Shown here: positions 52,070 to 61,408 of the stretch, one piece after another
Numbering within the stretch: the first letter of the stretch is position 1
How the letters are laid out: the number at the start of each line of letters is the position of its first letter
Assembly: GCA_009780345.1 (NCBI GenBank)
Contig: WRAG01000010.1
Location: 251 to 64,250, forward strand
DNA length: 64,000 nt
Reading direction: 5' to 3'
DNA from: Oscillospiraceae bacterium
GTDB lineage: Bacteria; Bacillota; Clostridia; Monoglobales; WRAG01
The notes under the pieces: generated by a model
Told to the model about the DNA's origin: nothing
What the model saw: the letters and a program-made list of their open reading frames with translations, nothing else
Database searches by the model: none
Translations under genes and position numbers: made by a program

Positions 52070-53653
52070 TTAAAAATCGATTTGAAATGTTTGAGAACAA
52101 TGATTATTTGGTTTGAATAAAGCAAAACGGCTTGAAACAGAATGTTTCAAGCCGAAATTTGGTGCGCCGATTAAGGAAGCAGACGAACCGCCAAGCCCAC
52201 TATCAACAGGGCATTTCTCAATCCCTGCATTAACCTCGTCAAGCGTTATAGTACGCTCACCATCTTTACAATTCAATACTAAAACAATTTTATTATCATA
52301 AATATACACCGAATTAACGAAAATGTCAACAAGTTTTTGCTTTTCTTCCCAATCTTCAATGTTCACTTCTCGCCAACGGCAAACCCAAAACCTTATATCT
52401 TCCTTTGATAGCAAGGGTTTCTTGATTTGTTCCTGCAAAATAGCAACTTCAAGCTGATTTTTGCGTTCCTCTAATTCGTCAAGCCGTTTCTTAGTAAATT
52501 CGTTGTAAATACCGTCTTGTATAGCATTTAGGATATTGGTTGCTGACCTTTCAACCTCTGCAAGTTGCTTTTGAAGTAACGGCAATTCGGGATTTTCTCG
52601 TCCTTGCAATGCGAAAAGTGCGTCAACTATGCGATTGATAAGCGGTTCGTCATTCAGCATTTCCATAACGTGAAAAATAACTAAATCCTCAATCCACGCT
52701 TTTTTGGCGGTCTTTTTATCACATTTTCGTTTTCGTGCGTGATAACACTTGTAGTAGCGATATATATTATTCCGTCCAGTTCCACTCTCGCCCGTCATCA
52801 TTGCTCCGCATTTTCCGCAAAATAATTTCATTGTCAATAAATACTGCTCGTCCAACGCTTTCAAGCGTGACGGTGCTTTCTTATTCTTCCTCATATTATC
52901 TTGAACTTTGTCGAATATTTCTTGTGAAATTATCGGCTCAAAAGCGTTTTCAATAGTTATATCCTTGAACGAATATTCGCCCAAATATCGGCGATTTTTC
53001 AACATATATGTAACACGGTTGATATTCATTTCCCCGCCCTTGACATTCCGTATTCCTCTGCTATTTAAGCTGTTTACAATGGTTTTAATCGTCTTTCCGT
53101 TTGCGTAATCGGTGAAAACCTCACGAACGACAGGAGCGGTCACGGGGTCGATTTCAAAATATTGCTCGTCATTTATCTTGTAACCAAACGGAATCGAACC
53201 GCCGTTAAACTTACATTTTAGAGCGTTTTCGGTCATTCCTCGATTTACTTTAACCGCAAGTTCAGCGGAATAATATTCAGCGAAACCCTCTAATACGCTT
53301 TCCATCAGCATACCCTCGGGGGTGTCGGACAGTCGCTCGGTTGCAGACACGACACGGACATTGTTTTTCGCCAAAAGATGCTTGTAATGCGCGCTGTCAT
53401 AGCGATTTCTCGCAAATCTGTCTAACTTCCAGACCAGAACGACATCAAATAATTCTTTTCCGCTATCTTTTATCATTCGCTGAAATTCGGGTCGGTTATC
53501 GGTCTTGGCTGATAAAGCCCTGTCTATGTAAGTGTTAAGTATTGTTATACCTTGTTTTTCGGCGTATTCCTTACATTCTCGGAGTTGCCCCTCAACGCTA
53601 TTTTCGGTTTGATTATCAGAAGAATAGCGGGCATAGATGACGGCATTTTTCAT
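52070..53653 (-). CDS. Large serine recombinase
   Basis: Resolvase catalytic domain VIYARYSSDNQ..VLVWKLDRFARN. Recombinase domain. Zinc ribbon CGKCG..YYKCYHARKRKCDKK. Coiled coil. The last ~45 codons run through a terminator-like hairpin, so the true C-terminus is uncertain. Confidence 0.85.
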   Translation of the reverse strand: MKNAVIYARYSSDNQTENSVEGQLRECKEYAEKQGITILNTYIDRALSAKTDNRPEFQRMIKDSGKELFDVVLVWKLDRFARNRYDSAHYKHLLAKNNVRVVSATERLSDTPEGMLMESVLEGFAEYYSAELAVKVNRGMTENALKCKFNGGSIPFGYKINDEQYFEIDPVTAPVVREVFTDYANGKTIKTIVNSLNSRGIRNVKGGEMNINRVTYMLKNRRYLGEYSFKDITIENAFEPIISQEIFDKVQDNMRKNKKAPSRLKALDEQYLLTMKLFCGKCGAMMTGESGTGRNNIYRYYKCYHARKRKCDKKTAKKAWIEDLVIFHVMEMLNDEPLINRIVDALFALQGRENPELPLLQKQLAEVERSATNILNAIQDGIYNEFTKKRLDELEERKNQLEVAILQEQIKKPLLSKEDIRFWVCRWREVNIEDWEEKQKLVDIFVNSVYIYDNKIVLVLNCKDGERTITLDEVNAGIEKCPVDSGLGGSSASLIGAPNFGLKHSVSSRFALFKPNNHCSQTFQIDF

Positions 53654-54024
53654 TCGCCCTCACCGCCTGTACTTAACCTTAAAATCGCCTCTTGAAGTTT
53701 AGCGTTGAGTGCGGAATTTGGTTCAAAACAAGCCTTGACGAACTGCGCCCATTCTTCTTTGTTTTCCATTTTGCTCCGCAGAATATCCGGCTCATAATTG
53801 TATAGCTTGCCTTGCGGTTTCTCGCAACGCCCGAAAATCCAATCAAGCGAAACATCAAAATGGTCGGCATACCAACGGAGTAATTTGTTTGTTGCCTCGC
53901 CCTTTCCGTTTTCAATTTTGGCAACTGTTGATTGATTTGTTACGCCCGATAATTCGGCTAATTCTTTTTGCGAATATCCCGCCGAAATTCTTAATGTTCT
54001 TAAATTTTCTGCCATTTTATACAT
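53650..54024 (-). CDS. XRE-family HTH regulator, translationally coupled to the recombinase gene
   Basis: HTH GYSQKELAELSGVTNQSTVAKIENG. 4-nt overlap with the recombinase start. Confidence 0.8.
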   Translation of the reverse strand: MYKMAENLRTLRISAGYSQKELAELSGVTNQSTVAKIENGKGEATNKLLRWYADHFDVSLDWIFGRCEKPQGKLYNYEPDILRSKMENKEEWAQFVKACFEPNSALNAKLQEAILRLSTGGEGE

Positions 54025-54116
54025 AGTAAAACCTCATTTCATTGTGTTTTGAATACATTGTATTATATAAACGAATTGTTGTCAAGTTTTATTTTGAATT
54101 TATTTTATGGATTTTT

Positions 54117-54191
54117 GTAATACTTAAAATGTCCCCAACTTTGAAACATAAAAAAACATTCCCAATGTTGGGAATGTTTTGGAGTATTACT
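54117..54191 (+). repeat. ~76-bp structured repeat, copy L1
   Basis: Outer inverted repeat tgtaatac / gtattac. Inner perfect palindrome aaaacattcccaa-tg-ttgggaatgtttt. It aligns with 57921..57997 in direct orientation. Confidence 0.8.
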
Positions 54192-54248
54192 GATTGTCAA
54201 GCGGATTGAAAGTAGAGGGTGAACATCTTTTAACAATAAAATTTAGAT

Positions 54249-54767
54249 TTACAATCCCCATATAATTCCTATCTTTTTCATACTAACATATTTCTTCCGG
54301 CTAACGATTATATGGTCGTGCAGTTTTACATCAATGGTCTTTAAAGCATTCGCAACTTTGGTCGTAACATCAATATCGTTAATAGATGGTTCTAATTCAC
54401 CGCTTGGGTGATTATGAGCCAAAACAACGGAATGCGCATTGCTTGAAATCACAGTTTCCATAATAAGCCTAATGGGAGCAGGTGCTGAATTTGGGTCGCC
54501 ACGAGAAATTTGGTCATAGCTAATAAGGCGTTTGCTTGATGAAAGACTAATAAGATACAATTCTTCTGCCATCTTGCTATAAAACAAAGTTATCGCATAT
54601 TTGCCAACTTTCTCTGTCGTGTCTAAAATCGGAGTATCCCCCATCATCATTCTGTCGTAAATTCCTGAAATTGTCGGAAGTTGCTCTATAAAATATTCCA
54701 ACTGTTCTTGTTGTAGTCTTTTATGAAATTCAATCAACTTTTCAAGTTCATTAGTCATTCCATTCAT
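54249..54767 (-). CDS. radC: RadC-like JAB/MPN-domain protein
   Basis: JAMM motif LAHNHPSGELEPSINDIDVT. Confidence 0.8.
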   Translation of the reverse strand: MNGMTNELEKLIEFHKRLQQEQLEYFIEQLPTISGIYDRMMMGDTPILDTTEKVGKYAITLFYSKMAEELYLISLSSSKRLISYDQISRGDPNSAPAPIRLIMETVISSNAHSVVLAHNHPSGELEPSINDIDVTTKVANALKTIDVKLHDHIIVSRKKYVSMKKIGIIWGL

Positions 54768-54769
54768 TC

Positions 54770-56038
54770 TTACGCCGCCTTATCAATATCAACATTTGTT
54801 CGTACCGATTTTCGTCTTAACTTTGAGAATATCTTAACAGGGAAATCATTTGCGTTATCTGAAACCTTAAAGGTTAATGTTCCGTCGTTCTCCATAAATT
54901 TCAACGATAATTTTCGGTCAAATATGTACTTCACCTGTGAACTGTCTAATTTATATATGGAATTTTTCAATGAATCCAACATTGCCGACTTGAACAAATT
55001 GTCAACTTTATCCAATAAATTCTTATCGACCAAACCATCGCATACAAACAAAATATTCTTATCTGCACAAGTTTGAATGATGTCGAATAATTCGGCGACA
55101 AACTCCATATTTCCGCTTGCTACGTGACGGAGCATTTCGCAACCGTTCAAGAGGATGTCACCTTTAATCAAATTATCAATTTCAGAAATAGAACTGAAAT
55201 CTGTTTTAAGAGTAGCAAGGCTTTTGCGGTCATATTGATTAGAAAGAACCGCAAAATTCTCAATGATTTCCTCGAAATTATTAGCATAACTATTATAAAT
55301 TTCGGCAGTTTTTGTGTTGCCATTTTGCGCCCAATCGCTTAAAAATATTTTTTTGTAATTTTCCAAACTCCAAATCGCTGTCTTGATTTCGTTGTCATAC
55401 GCAAGTCGTGAGTAATATTTTTTAAGTTGATATATTATCGCAAAACCAAATAAAGGAACGACAACACCTAATAAAGCAATCAGCAGCAAATCATTCACAA
55501 TCGTTGTACGGAATAATGTGGTCGTAGTTAAAACAACAACGCCAATTGGCAAAAGAATTTTCAAAGATTTTCTGTCGTTATCCCGAACATTCTTTAAACC
55601 GTCTTGTTGTTTGATAAGATGATAAATGCCAAAATGAATAGGGGTACTGATTAAATCATCGAAAATATATGGTATTGTTAAATTCCAAATAACATTGTCT
55701 ATAATCCCTATTATTACTTGTGAGACAATCCAAACTGAAACGCTGATTGTGTATGCCATAGCCAAAGCTAAAATTTTCGGTTTTTCTTTATGCATTACCC
55801 GTAAAGTCACCCATAGCAATGTCAAACCCAATAAAGAACGCACAGGTTCAATGAAATTGAACATTGATGTTGCAATAAAATAGAGGGCAAAAACAAGTGT
55901 TGCAACAGTAACCTTTATTATTTCGCCCTTGTTATTAAATGTTTTCTTCCCTTGTATTATTCTGTAATGCAAATTGCAAAATATAGCCAAAACCAAGTTA
56001 ATAGAAATGATTGTAAGCATTTCCATAAGTTCCCTCAC
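54770..56038 (-). CDS. Polytopic membrane protein (6-7 TM) with a ~190-aa cytoplasmic domain of unknown function
   Basis: TM-rich N-terminal half. The C-terminal half has a faint layout resemblance to AgrC-type GHKL kinases (..LFKSAMLDSLKNSI.., LKFMENDGTLTFKVSDNANDFP) but lacks the H-box and G-boxes. It ends 2 nt before radC starts. Confidence 0.55.
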   Translation of the reverse strand: MRELMEMLTIISINLVLAIFCNLHYRIIQGKKTFNNKGEIIKVTVATLVFALYFIATSMFNFIEPVRSLLGLTLLWVTLRVMHKEKPKILALAMAYTISVSVWIVSQVIIGIIDNVIWNLTIPYIFDDLISTPIHFGIYHLIKQQDGLKNVRDNDRKSLKILLPIGVVVLTTTTLFRTTIVNDLLLIALLGVVVPLFGFAIIYQLKKYYSRLAYDNEIKTAIWSLENYKKIFLSDWAQNGNTKTAEIYNSYANNFEEIIENFAVLSNQYDRKSLATLKTDFSSISEIDNLIKGDILLNGCEMLRHVASGNMEFVAELFDIIQTCADKNILFVCDGLVDKNLLDKVDNLFKSAMLDSLKNSIYKLDSSQVKYIFDRKLSLKFMENDGTLTFKVSDNANDFPVKIFSKLRRKSVRTNVDIDKAA

Positions 56039-56146
56039 CTCAAGGACAGTCTAACATATTTTGACGAAATTTGCAAGATTTATTTTAGAAATTGCTACGA
56101 CAAAAACACCCTAATTTTTTAGAGTGTTTTTGTATAAACGAAATAA

Positions 56147-56320
56147 TTATCTTCGTCTTATGCCGTCACCAAACCTCTGTGCAAACCTATCTAATCTTTC
56201 CCTTGCCGTTGGTCTTTGTCTGTTACTCGTTGACATCGGCGTTGCTTGCGCCGACTTGATTTCTTTTGCAAGCAACGCTTCCCTTTGTGCTGATGTCATT
56301 ACTATTGGTTTTATTGACAT
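56147..56320 (-). CDS. Small basic protein (57 aa), unknown function
   Basis: RBS GAGGAGG about 8 nt upstream of ATG 56320. Sequence MSIKPIVMTSAQREALLAKEIKS..RERLDRFAQRFGDGIRRR. Confidence 0.45.
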   Translation of the reverse strand: MSIKPIVMTSAQREALLAKEIKSAQATPMSTSNRQRPTARERLDRFAQRFGDGIRRR

Positions 56321-56361
56321 TTCTTTCACCTCCTCTGCCTGTCAATTGCCGTTACCAAAGT

Positions 56362-56760
56362 TTACAGTCTTCTCAAGAACGCTTCTACTCCACGAACATC
56401 TCTCCTAATGCTGGCGTTCATCCCGTCCCTAAGTCGAGGAAATCTATCCCAAAACTCAGATGAAGCTCCAATTTGCGCCATTGTTGTAGCTTGGTGTGGA
56501 TTTATTGGAATTGGTGTAGGTCGCGCAAAATTACCACCCAACATCGCTCTTGTTATTGGTCCGACTATTCCGTCAACGACAAGACCGTTGTTAAGTTGAA
56601 AATGTCGCACAGCGTAATCGGTGTTTGCTCCAAAAAATCCGTCCGCTTGAAGTCCTAAACCGTTCAATCCCAAATAACCGCCGTGTTTTAAGAATAATTG
56701 GATTGTCCGAATACACGATATGTCTCTCGGTTTGTTGTTATTGGTAAACATACTATACAT
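56362..56760 (-). CDS. Peptidoglycan-binding-domain (PG_binding_1-like) protein without a signal peptide
   Basis: RBS GGAGGTG. IQLFLKHGGYLGL..ADGFFGANTDYAVRHFQLNNGLVVDGIVGPITRAML. Confidence 0.65.
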   Translation of the reverse strand: MYSMFTNNNKPRDISCIRTIQLFLKHGGYLGLNGLGLQADGFFGANTDYAVRHFQLNNGLVVDGIVGPITRAMLGGNFARPTPIPINPHQATTMAQIGASSEFWDRFPRLRDGMNASIRRDVRGVEAFLRRL

Positions 56761-56955
56761 CTATTTCACCTCCTCTCTTTTTGTGACTTATATTAAACCG
56801 CGCGTGGTTTACAAGATTTTATTGACAACTTCATATCATTTGTGATACAATGTTAGTCAAGATATATTATACAGTATAATTTTGCAACTGTCAACACTTT
56901 TGTGCAATAAAAATATTTATGTTGCGTTATTAGTCGGAAAGGAGTGGTTAATATT

Positions 56956-57405
56956 ATGTCAAAAGCCTGTTTTTTCGGTCACAGGAATATAAATAGCACT
57001 ATAACTCCTATTTTACGCGCTGAAATTGAAAATCACATTGTTGAAAAAGGTGTGAATACATTTTATGTGGGCGTTGACGGTAAATTTGACACCATTGTCG
57101 CCGCCGTTTTACGAGAATTGCAGAAAAAATATTCTTATATAAGCATATATCGTATATTGGCATATCTTCCGACTGATAAAGACGAATACCGTGATGGACA
57201 GTACGAAAAGACGATATATCCCGAAGGGCTTGAGCTTGTGCCACAACGATTTGCGATTAAGTTTAGAAACCGTTGGATTGTAGAGCAAACCGATTTTGTG
57301 ATAGCTTATGTTCAGTTGGATTACGGCGGCGCGTATGAAGCCGTGAAATACGCAGAACGAAAGAAAAAAAGCATTATAAATATAGCACGGATAGGAAAGG
57401 ACTGA
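56956..57405 (+). CDS. SLOG-family (DUF1273/YoqJ-like) protein
   Basis: CFFGHRN near the N-terminus. YVGVDGKFD. RNRWIVEQTDFVIAYV. GGAYEAVKYAERKKKSIINI. RBS AAAGGAG 11 nt upstream of ATG 56956. Confidence 0.7.
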   Translation: MSKACFFGHRNINSTITPILRAEIENHIVEKGVNTFYVGVDGKFDTIVAAVLRELQKKYSYISIYRILAYLPTDKDEYRDGQYEKTIYPEGLELVPQRFAIKFRNRWIVEQTDFVIAYVQLDYGGAYEAVKYAERKKKSIINIARIGKD

Positions 57406-57412
57406 TTTAATA

Positions 57413-57847
57413 ATGTTAGAGTTTAAAGAAAGATTACAGTTATTGAGGGCGTTAAATAAAGTTTCGCAAGAAGATTTTGCAAAGGCGTTAAATATTTCGC
57501 GCGGTGCTGTAAGCGGTTATGAAACAGGAATCCGAACACCGGATATTGATGTTTTACAAAATACCGCTGAATTTTTCGGCGTTTCTGCTGACTATTTATT
57601 AGGGATTTCCGATGTAAAGAATACCGACACCGATTTACAAGCAATCTGTAAAGCGTTGAATTTGAGCGAAAGAGCCGTTGAGAATTTGCGAAATACGAAA
57701 GGTAAAACAACAGATTTATTGTTAAATTCGGATGAATGGAATGTTTTTATTGACAGCATTTCGGAAGTTTTGAAAAGCAAAAAAGATGTTGAATATAAAA
57801 AATTCCTCGCAACCCAATGCTTGTTGAAAATGTTAAACGAAATTTAA
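57413..57847 (+). CDS. XRE-family HTH regulator
   Basis: HTH VSQEDFAKALNISRGAVSGYETG and FFGVSADYLLG. Confidence 0.8.
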   Translation: MLEFKERLQLLRALNKVSQEDFAKALNISRGAVSGYETGIRTPDIDVLQNTAEFFGVSADYLLGISDVKNTDTDLQAICKALNLSERAVENLRNTKGKTTDLLLNSDEWNVFIDSISEVLKSKKDVEYKKFLATQCLLKMLNEI

Positions 57848-57920
57848 TAAATCCCATTTGACAAAAAAATTCATTTATGCTACAATTTCCGCAAGGGAAT
57901 TGTAGCATTTTCAATTAGAA

Positions 57921-57997
57921 TGTAATACGATAATGTTCCCAACTTGGGAACATTAAAAAACATTCCCAACATTGGGAATGTTTTTGAGGGTATTACA
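57921..57997 (+). repeat. ~76-bp structured repeat, copy L2
   Basis: Outer tgtaatac / gtattaca. Inner hairpins atgttccc-aactt-gggaacat and aaaacattcccaa-ca-ttgggaatgtttt. Confidence 0.8.
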
Positions 57998-58122
57998 TAC
58001 CATAATATATTTTGCAAGATTTATCTTGCAAAATTTCGGTGTTGCGAAAGCAAACCGAATTGACGGCGGAAGCCGTCAGGCGTTGTCCACAGACAACGCA
58101 ATCCCCCTCGGAGAGCCCACAA

Positions 58123-58200
58123 CACTTTACAAATTCAGCCGCTCCAAGCGGTGAATTTGAAAGTGTTATAGTGGGTTACATACTTTCAGCAGAAAGTACG
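58123..58200 (+). other. Candidate oriT for the MobV relaxase
   Basis: Imperfect 18-bp inverted repeat cactttacaaattcagccgc-tccaa-gcggtgaatttgaaagtg, followed by TTATAGTGGGTTACATACTTTC. That tail resembles my recollection of the pMV158-type nick region (..TATAGTGTG/TTATACTTT..). Confidence 0.45.
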
Positions 58201-58270
58201 GTGTTGCTCCGAAGTTTGGTTGAGGGGTTTTAAGTTTGGGTTTAGAAATGAGGTATTTGCTTTGGCGAAT

Positions 58271-59455
58271 ATGACAGTTGTTCGCAACAATCCGCACAGC
58301 CGGAATAGTGTTGGTGCGGTCGAACGGCATAACGAACGAAAAAACGAAACATATTCAAATGTTGATGTTGTTGTGGAGCAATCGCATAACAATATTTATT
58401 TTAAGAAATGCGAAAATACATACCTACAAATTTTTGATAAAATGATTGCTGATAATGTTATCAGTACGCGCGGATTGAAACCTGACGCACACATTATGGG
58501 TGAAATGATTTTTGATGTGAATACCCGATATTTTGAGGAAAACGGCGGTTATGAGTTCGCAAGGAAATTTTATGAAGACGCGTACAAATTTGCCGTTGAT
58601 TTGGTTGGTGATGAAAGATATATAATCTCGTCTGTAATGCACGCTGACGAGCGAAACAAGGCACTTACGGACGAACTCGAAAAAGATGTATTTCATTATC
58701 ATTTACATATCGTTTATGTGCCTGTCGTGGAAAAGGAAATCCGTTGGAGCAAACGCTGTAAAACCCCCGAATTGATTGGAACAGTTAAGGAAGTTATAAA
58801 CCAAGTATCACATTCAAAAAAATGGCAGTCTACCCTTGAAAATGGGGTTATGACGAAATCATATTCCAAACTTCAAGACGATTTTTGGGAACATATGCGA
58901 AGTGCCGGGTACGAGGTCGAGCGCGGCGAAAAGGGTTCTACCAAAGAACATTTAACAGTTATCGAATACAAAACCGAGCAAGAAACACAACGGCTTGCGG
59001 AAGTTACGCAACAAGTTATGCAGCAGATGTTTATGCAACAAAAACTTGACGAGGAAATTGTTCTCAAAGAGAGTGTTATCAAGCAAAAGGAGCAATTAGA
59101 CAAACTTGGCAAGAAAACGCTTATCGGAAACGAAATCAAGCTGACAGCGAAAGAGTTTGAGGAAGTTAAAAACCTTGCTTTGATTGGGATTGACAGTCAA
59201 ATTGAGATTAAGGAACTTAAAAGCGAAATTAAAATGGTCAAGTCAAATTACAACGCTTTACAAAAAGCATACGATATTTTACAGTTGAAATATGACGATT
59301 TGAAGTTAGAATTTGCAAGATTGAAAAGGAAAGTTCAACCCTATATTGACGCTTTGAAACATTCGCCTGAAAAGGTTAGGGCGGTTATTCAAGAGGTATT
59401 GAATTTGATAAAACAAGATAAACAAAAAAAGAAAAATCGTTACAAACAAAAATAA
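58271..59455 (+). CDS. MobV-family (Mob/Pre) relaxase
   Basis: N-terminal VERHNERKNETYSN. HxDE..HxH motif VMHADERN..FHYHLHIVYVP. Long C-terminal coiled coil. The ORF-track start at 58220 is probably an extension. Confidence 0.85.
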   Translation: MTVVRNNPHSRNSVGAVERHNERKNETYSNVDVVVEQSHNNIYFKKCENTYLQIFDKMIADNVISTRGLKPDAHIMGEMIFDVNTRYFEENGGYEFARKFYEDAYKFAVDLVGDERYIISSVMHADERNKALTDELEKDVFHYHLHIVYVPVVEKEIRWSKRCKTPELIGTVKEVINQVSHSKKWQSTLENGVMTKSYSKLQDDFWEHMRSAGYEVERGEKGSTKEHLTVIEYKTEQETQRLAEVTQQVMQQMFMQQKLDEEIVLKESVIKQKEQLDKLGKKTLIGNEIKLTAKEFEEVKNLALIGIDSQIEIKELKSEIKMVKSNYNALQKAYDILQLKYDDLKLEFARLKRKVQPYIDALKHSPEKVRAVIQEVLNLIKQDKQKKKNRYKQK

Positions 59456-59675
59456 TAAAAAATTTTTGCACAAAAAATTTGACGCCTTTTATTTGTATAA
59501 GTTATAATTATATTACCATTCAATGGTAGAAACAAATGAAAGGGGGGCAGTAGCTCCAAGTCCGTTATCGCCTCAATACGGATATGGCTTTGGAAGATGG
59601 CGTTGAAATGTTCGCCCACATTGTCGAAAATAAAAAACGGATGTATTGACCTCGATAATTGTTTAGGAGTGCGAT

Positions 59676-59831
59676 ATGCGAACGGACAAATTGAAAAATA
59701 ACTCTATTCCGCAATTTGAGATTGATAGTTTAGCGAAGTTGCTTTTACCGAAAATGCAAGCGTATTTTGAAAGTGAACAGGGCAAGCGAGAGTTTGAGGA
59801 ATGGAAAGAGAAACAGGAACATAAGCAGTAA
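59676..59831 (+). CDS. Small hypothetical protein (51 aa), below the ORF-track length cutoff
   Basis: RBS AGGAG 6 nt upstream of ATG 59676. Sequence MRTDKLKNNSIPQFEIDSLAKLLLPKMQAYFESEQGKREFEEWKEKQEHKQ. A hairpin terminator follows. Confidence 0.45.
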   Translation: MRTDKLKNNSIPQFEIDSLAKLLLPKMQAYFESEQGKREFEEWKEKQEHKQ

Positions 59832-59836
59832 AGGTT

Positions 59837-59871
59837 GGGGCTGTAAGCCGTATTTTGGCTTACAGCCCCTT
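59837..59871 (+). terminator. Hairpin terminator
   Basis: ggggctgtaagcc-gtatttt-ggcttacagcccc. Confidence 0.65.
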
Positions 59872-59897
59872 AACCATCCGGCAACAAAATCTCTACG

Positions 59898-59978
59898 GTG
59901 TGTCAAGGGCGGCGCGGTTTTTGCGCCGTGTATTTTACCCTTGACACGACGAGAGGGATTTTGTTAGGTTTTATGATT
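59898..59978 (+). repeat. ~80-bp repeat A with conserved inverted arms GTGTCAAGGG / CCCTTGACAC
   Basis: Aligns with 61409..61493. The arms and the 3' flank (..gattttgttaggttttat..) are conserved, while the loop differs. Confidence 0.75.
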
Positions 59979-59986
59979 TGAAAGAT

Positions 59987-61357
59987 TTAGCTAATTTTCA
60001 AAAGATTTTCACATATTATTTTAATAAGATAATCTTCTAATAACTCAATTTGAAAATTGTCGTATAATATGTCAGTAATTTTAATAATTTCATCTATACA
60101 CATTATTATGTTTATCTTGAATTTTCTATTTATGTGTGTATGTATCATCTGTTGCATTTGCTTGTAATCTTTATTTTTTACAAATTTTTTAATTAAATCT
60201 TGCAAATGCACAGGAAATTTAATTTTCTTTTTTATATCATTCTTTTTTTTGTTTGCTTTGTCACTTTCAATTTGCTCTAACCATTCTAAAAATTCCGTTT
60301 TGCATACATAACATTTTTTGTTCGTTTTTGTTACTTTTGGAAAGTTGCTAGAGTGGAAAAGTTTATATGCTTCACCTTTTGAAATTCCTATATATTCCAT
60401 AACTTCCTCAACACCCAATGTATCATTCAAACTGTATAAATTAAAATCTTTCGTATAATTAAATATGCCTGTATATATTTTATAACAAAAATCAATAGAG
60501 TCCATTTTATTATCAAATTCTAATTTTGAGTGTAGTTTTGAGTTGTAAGAATTTTCCATATTTGCTTGCGATGCTTTAACATAATATTTTTGTGCTTCAA
60601 AATAAATGTGGAACTCAAAATCACCAGCAGAACATTTATAGCAATCTTTATTGTCGTTATGTTGAAACATATTGAAAAATTCTTGCTTTTTTTGTTTTTC
60701 AATTTGCTCTAACTCTAATTTTATGCGTTCTTTTTGGTTTTTAAAATATATAGTTTGTCTTTTTACTTTATCTTTTTTACGACATTTATCACTACAAAAT
60801 TTAACAGAACGACTTGCCATAAAAGTATTTTCACAAACAACGCATTTTTTCTCAATAAATTCAGGTTTTATATTTTGTTTTTTTTGAATATTTCTACATT
60901 CAGCACTACAAAATTTTCTTATATGTCCAATTACGGCAAATTCCACTTCGCAAATTGGGCATACTGCATATTTTGTAACGTGTTTTTTTCTGTGTATTTC
61001 TGCCATTAATTGTTTGTGTGCATTTTCACTACACTCTGTATTGCAATAAACACGGGCGTGATGATTAGAAGTGAATTCTATTCCGCAAAATTTGCATTTT
61101 TTCTCGACAAGCTTGGATTTTAATTTCTGTTGTTTTTGAACATTTCTGCATTCAGCACTACAAACTTTGGCGTTATATGGAATTAATGCAAATTCTATTC
61201 CGCAAACTAGACATATTGCGTACCTTATATCGTGTTTCCTTTTACGGCTTTCTTCATTTATTTGGTTACTTCCAATTTTTTTGCATTCTGCGCTACAATA
61301 TACACGACTACGATTAGCCGTAAATTCAGTTCCACAAATTTTACATAGTTTAATCAA
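59987..61357 (-). CDS. Multi-zinc-ribbon protein with a C-terminal excisionase-type HTH; very AT-rich gene
   Basis: Five copies of C-x2-C-x(11-13)-C-x3-C (CKICGTEF..YCSAEC, CLVCGIEF..VCSAEC, CKFCGIEF..YCNTEC, CPICEVEF..FCSAEC, CVVCENTF..FCSDKC). HTH-like LGVEEVMEYIGISKGEAYKLFHSSNFP. Confidence 0.7.
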   Translation of the reverse strand: MIKLCKICGTEFTANRSRVYCSAECKKIGSNQINEESRKRKHDIRYAICLVCGIEFALIPYNAKVCSAECRNVQKQQKLKSKLVEKKCKFCGIEFTSNHHARVYCNTECSENAHKQLMAEIHRKKHVTKYAVCPICEVEFAVIGHIRKFCSAECRNIQKKQNIKPEFIEKKCVVCENTFMASRSVKFCSDKCRKKDKVKRQTIYFKNQKERIKLELEQIEKQKKQEFFNMFQHNDNKDCYKCSAGDFEFHIYFEAQKYYVKASQANMENSYNSKLHSKLEFDNKMDSIDFCYKIYTGIFNYTKDFNLYSLNDTLGVEEVMEYIGISKGEAYKLFHSSNFPKVTKTNKKCYVCKTEFLEWLEQIESDKANKKKNDIKKKIKFPVHLQDLIKKFVKNKDYKQMQQMIHTHINRKFKINIIMCIDEIIKITDILYDNFQIELLEDYLIKIICENLLKIS

Positions 61358-61408
61358 GCAAATCCCTCTTTTGATTTTAAGTTAAATAAACTATATCATA
61401 TACACTAC

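Noticed and set aside
52118-52245. On the minus strand the sequence ..TCGGCGCACCA is followed by a terminator hairpin (ggcttgaaac-attct-gtttcaagcc + GTTTTGCTTT), with a GGTTCG upstream. This resembles the 3' end of a tRNA gene and suggested a displaced tRNA half marking the element junction.
   Set aside because: There is no complementary 5' acceptor strand and no T-stem. Similarity to the intact tRNA-Leu 3' half is limited to about 7 nt. The stretch lies inside the recombinase ORF tail. I keep it only as a weak hint for the left boundary.
59540-59660. A short open frame ending ..VRYRLNTDMALEDGVEMFAHIVENKKRMY-stop, downstream of the relaxase gene, looks like the C-terminal remnant of a protein.
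   Set aside because: Only about 30 codons follow an in-frame stop. There is no start or RBS and I recognise no family. It may be a gene fragment but cannot be supported.
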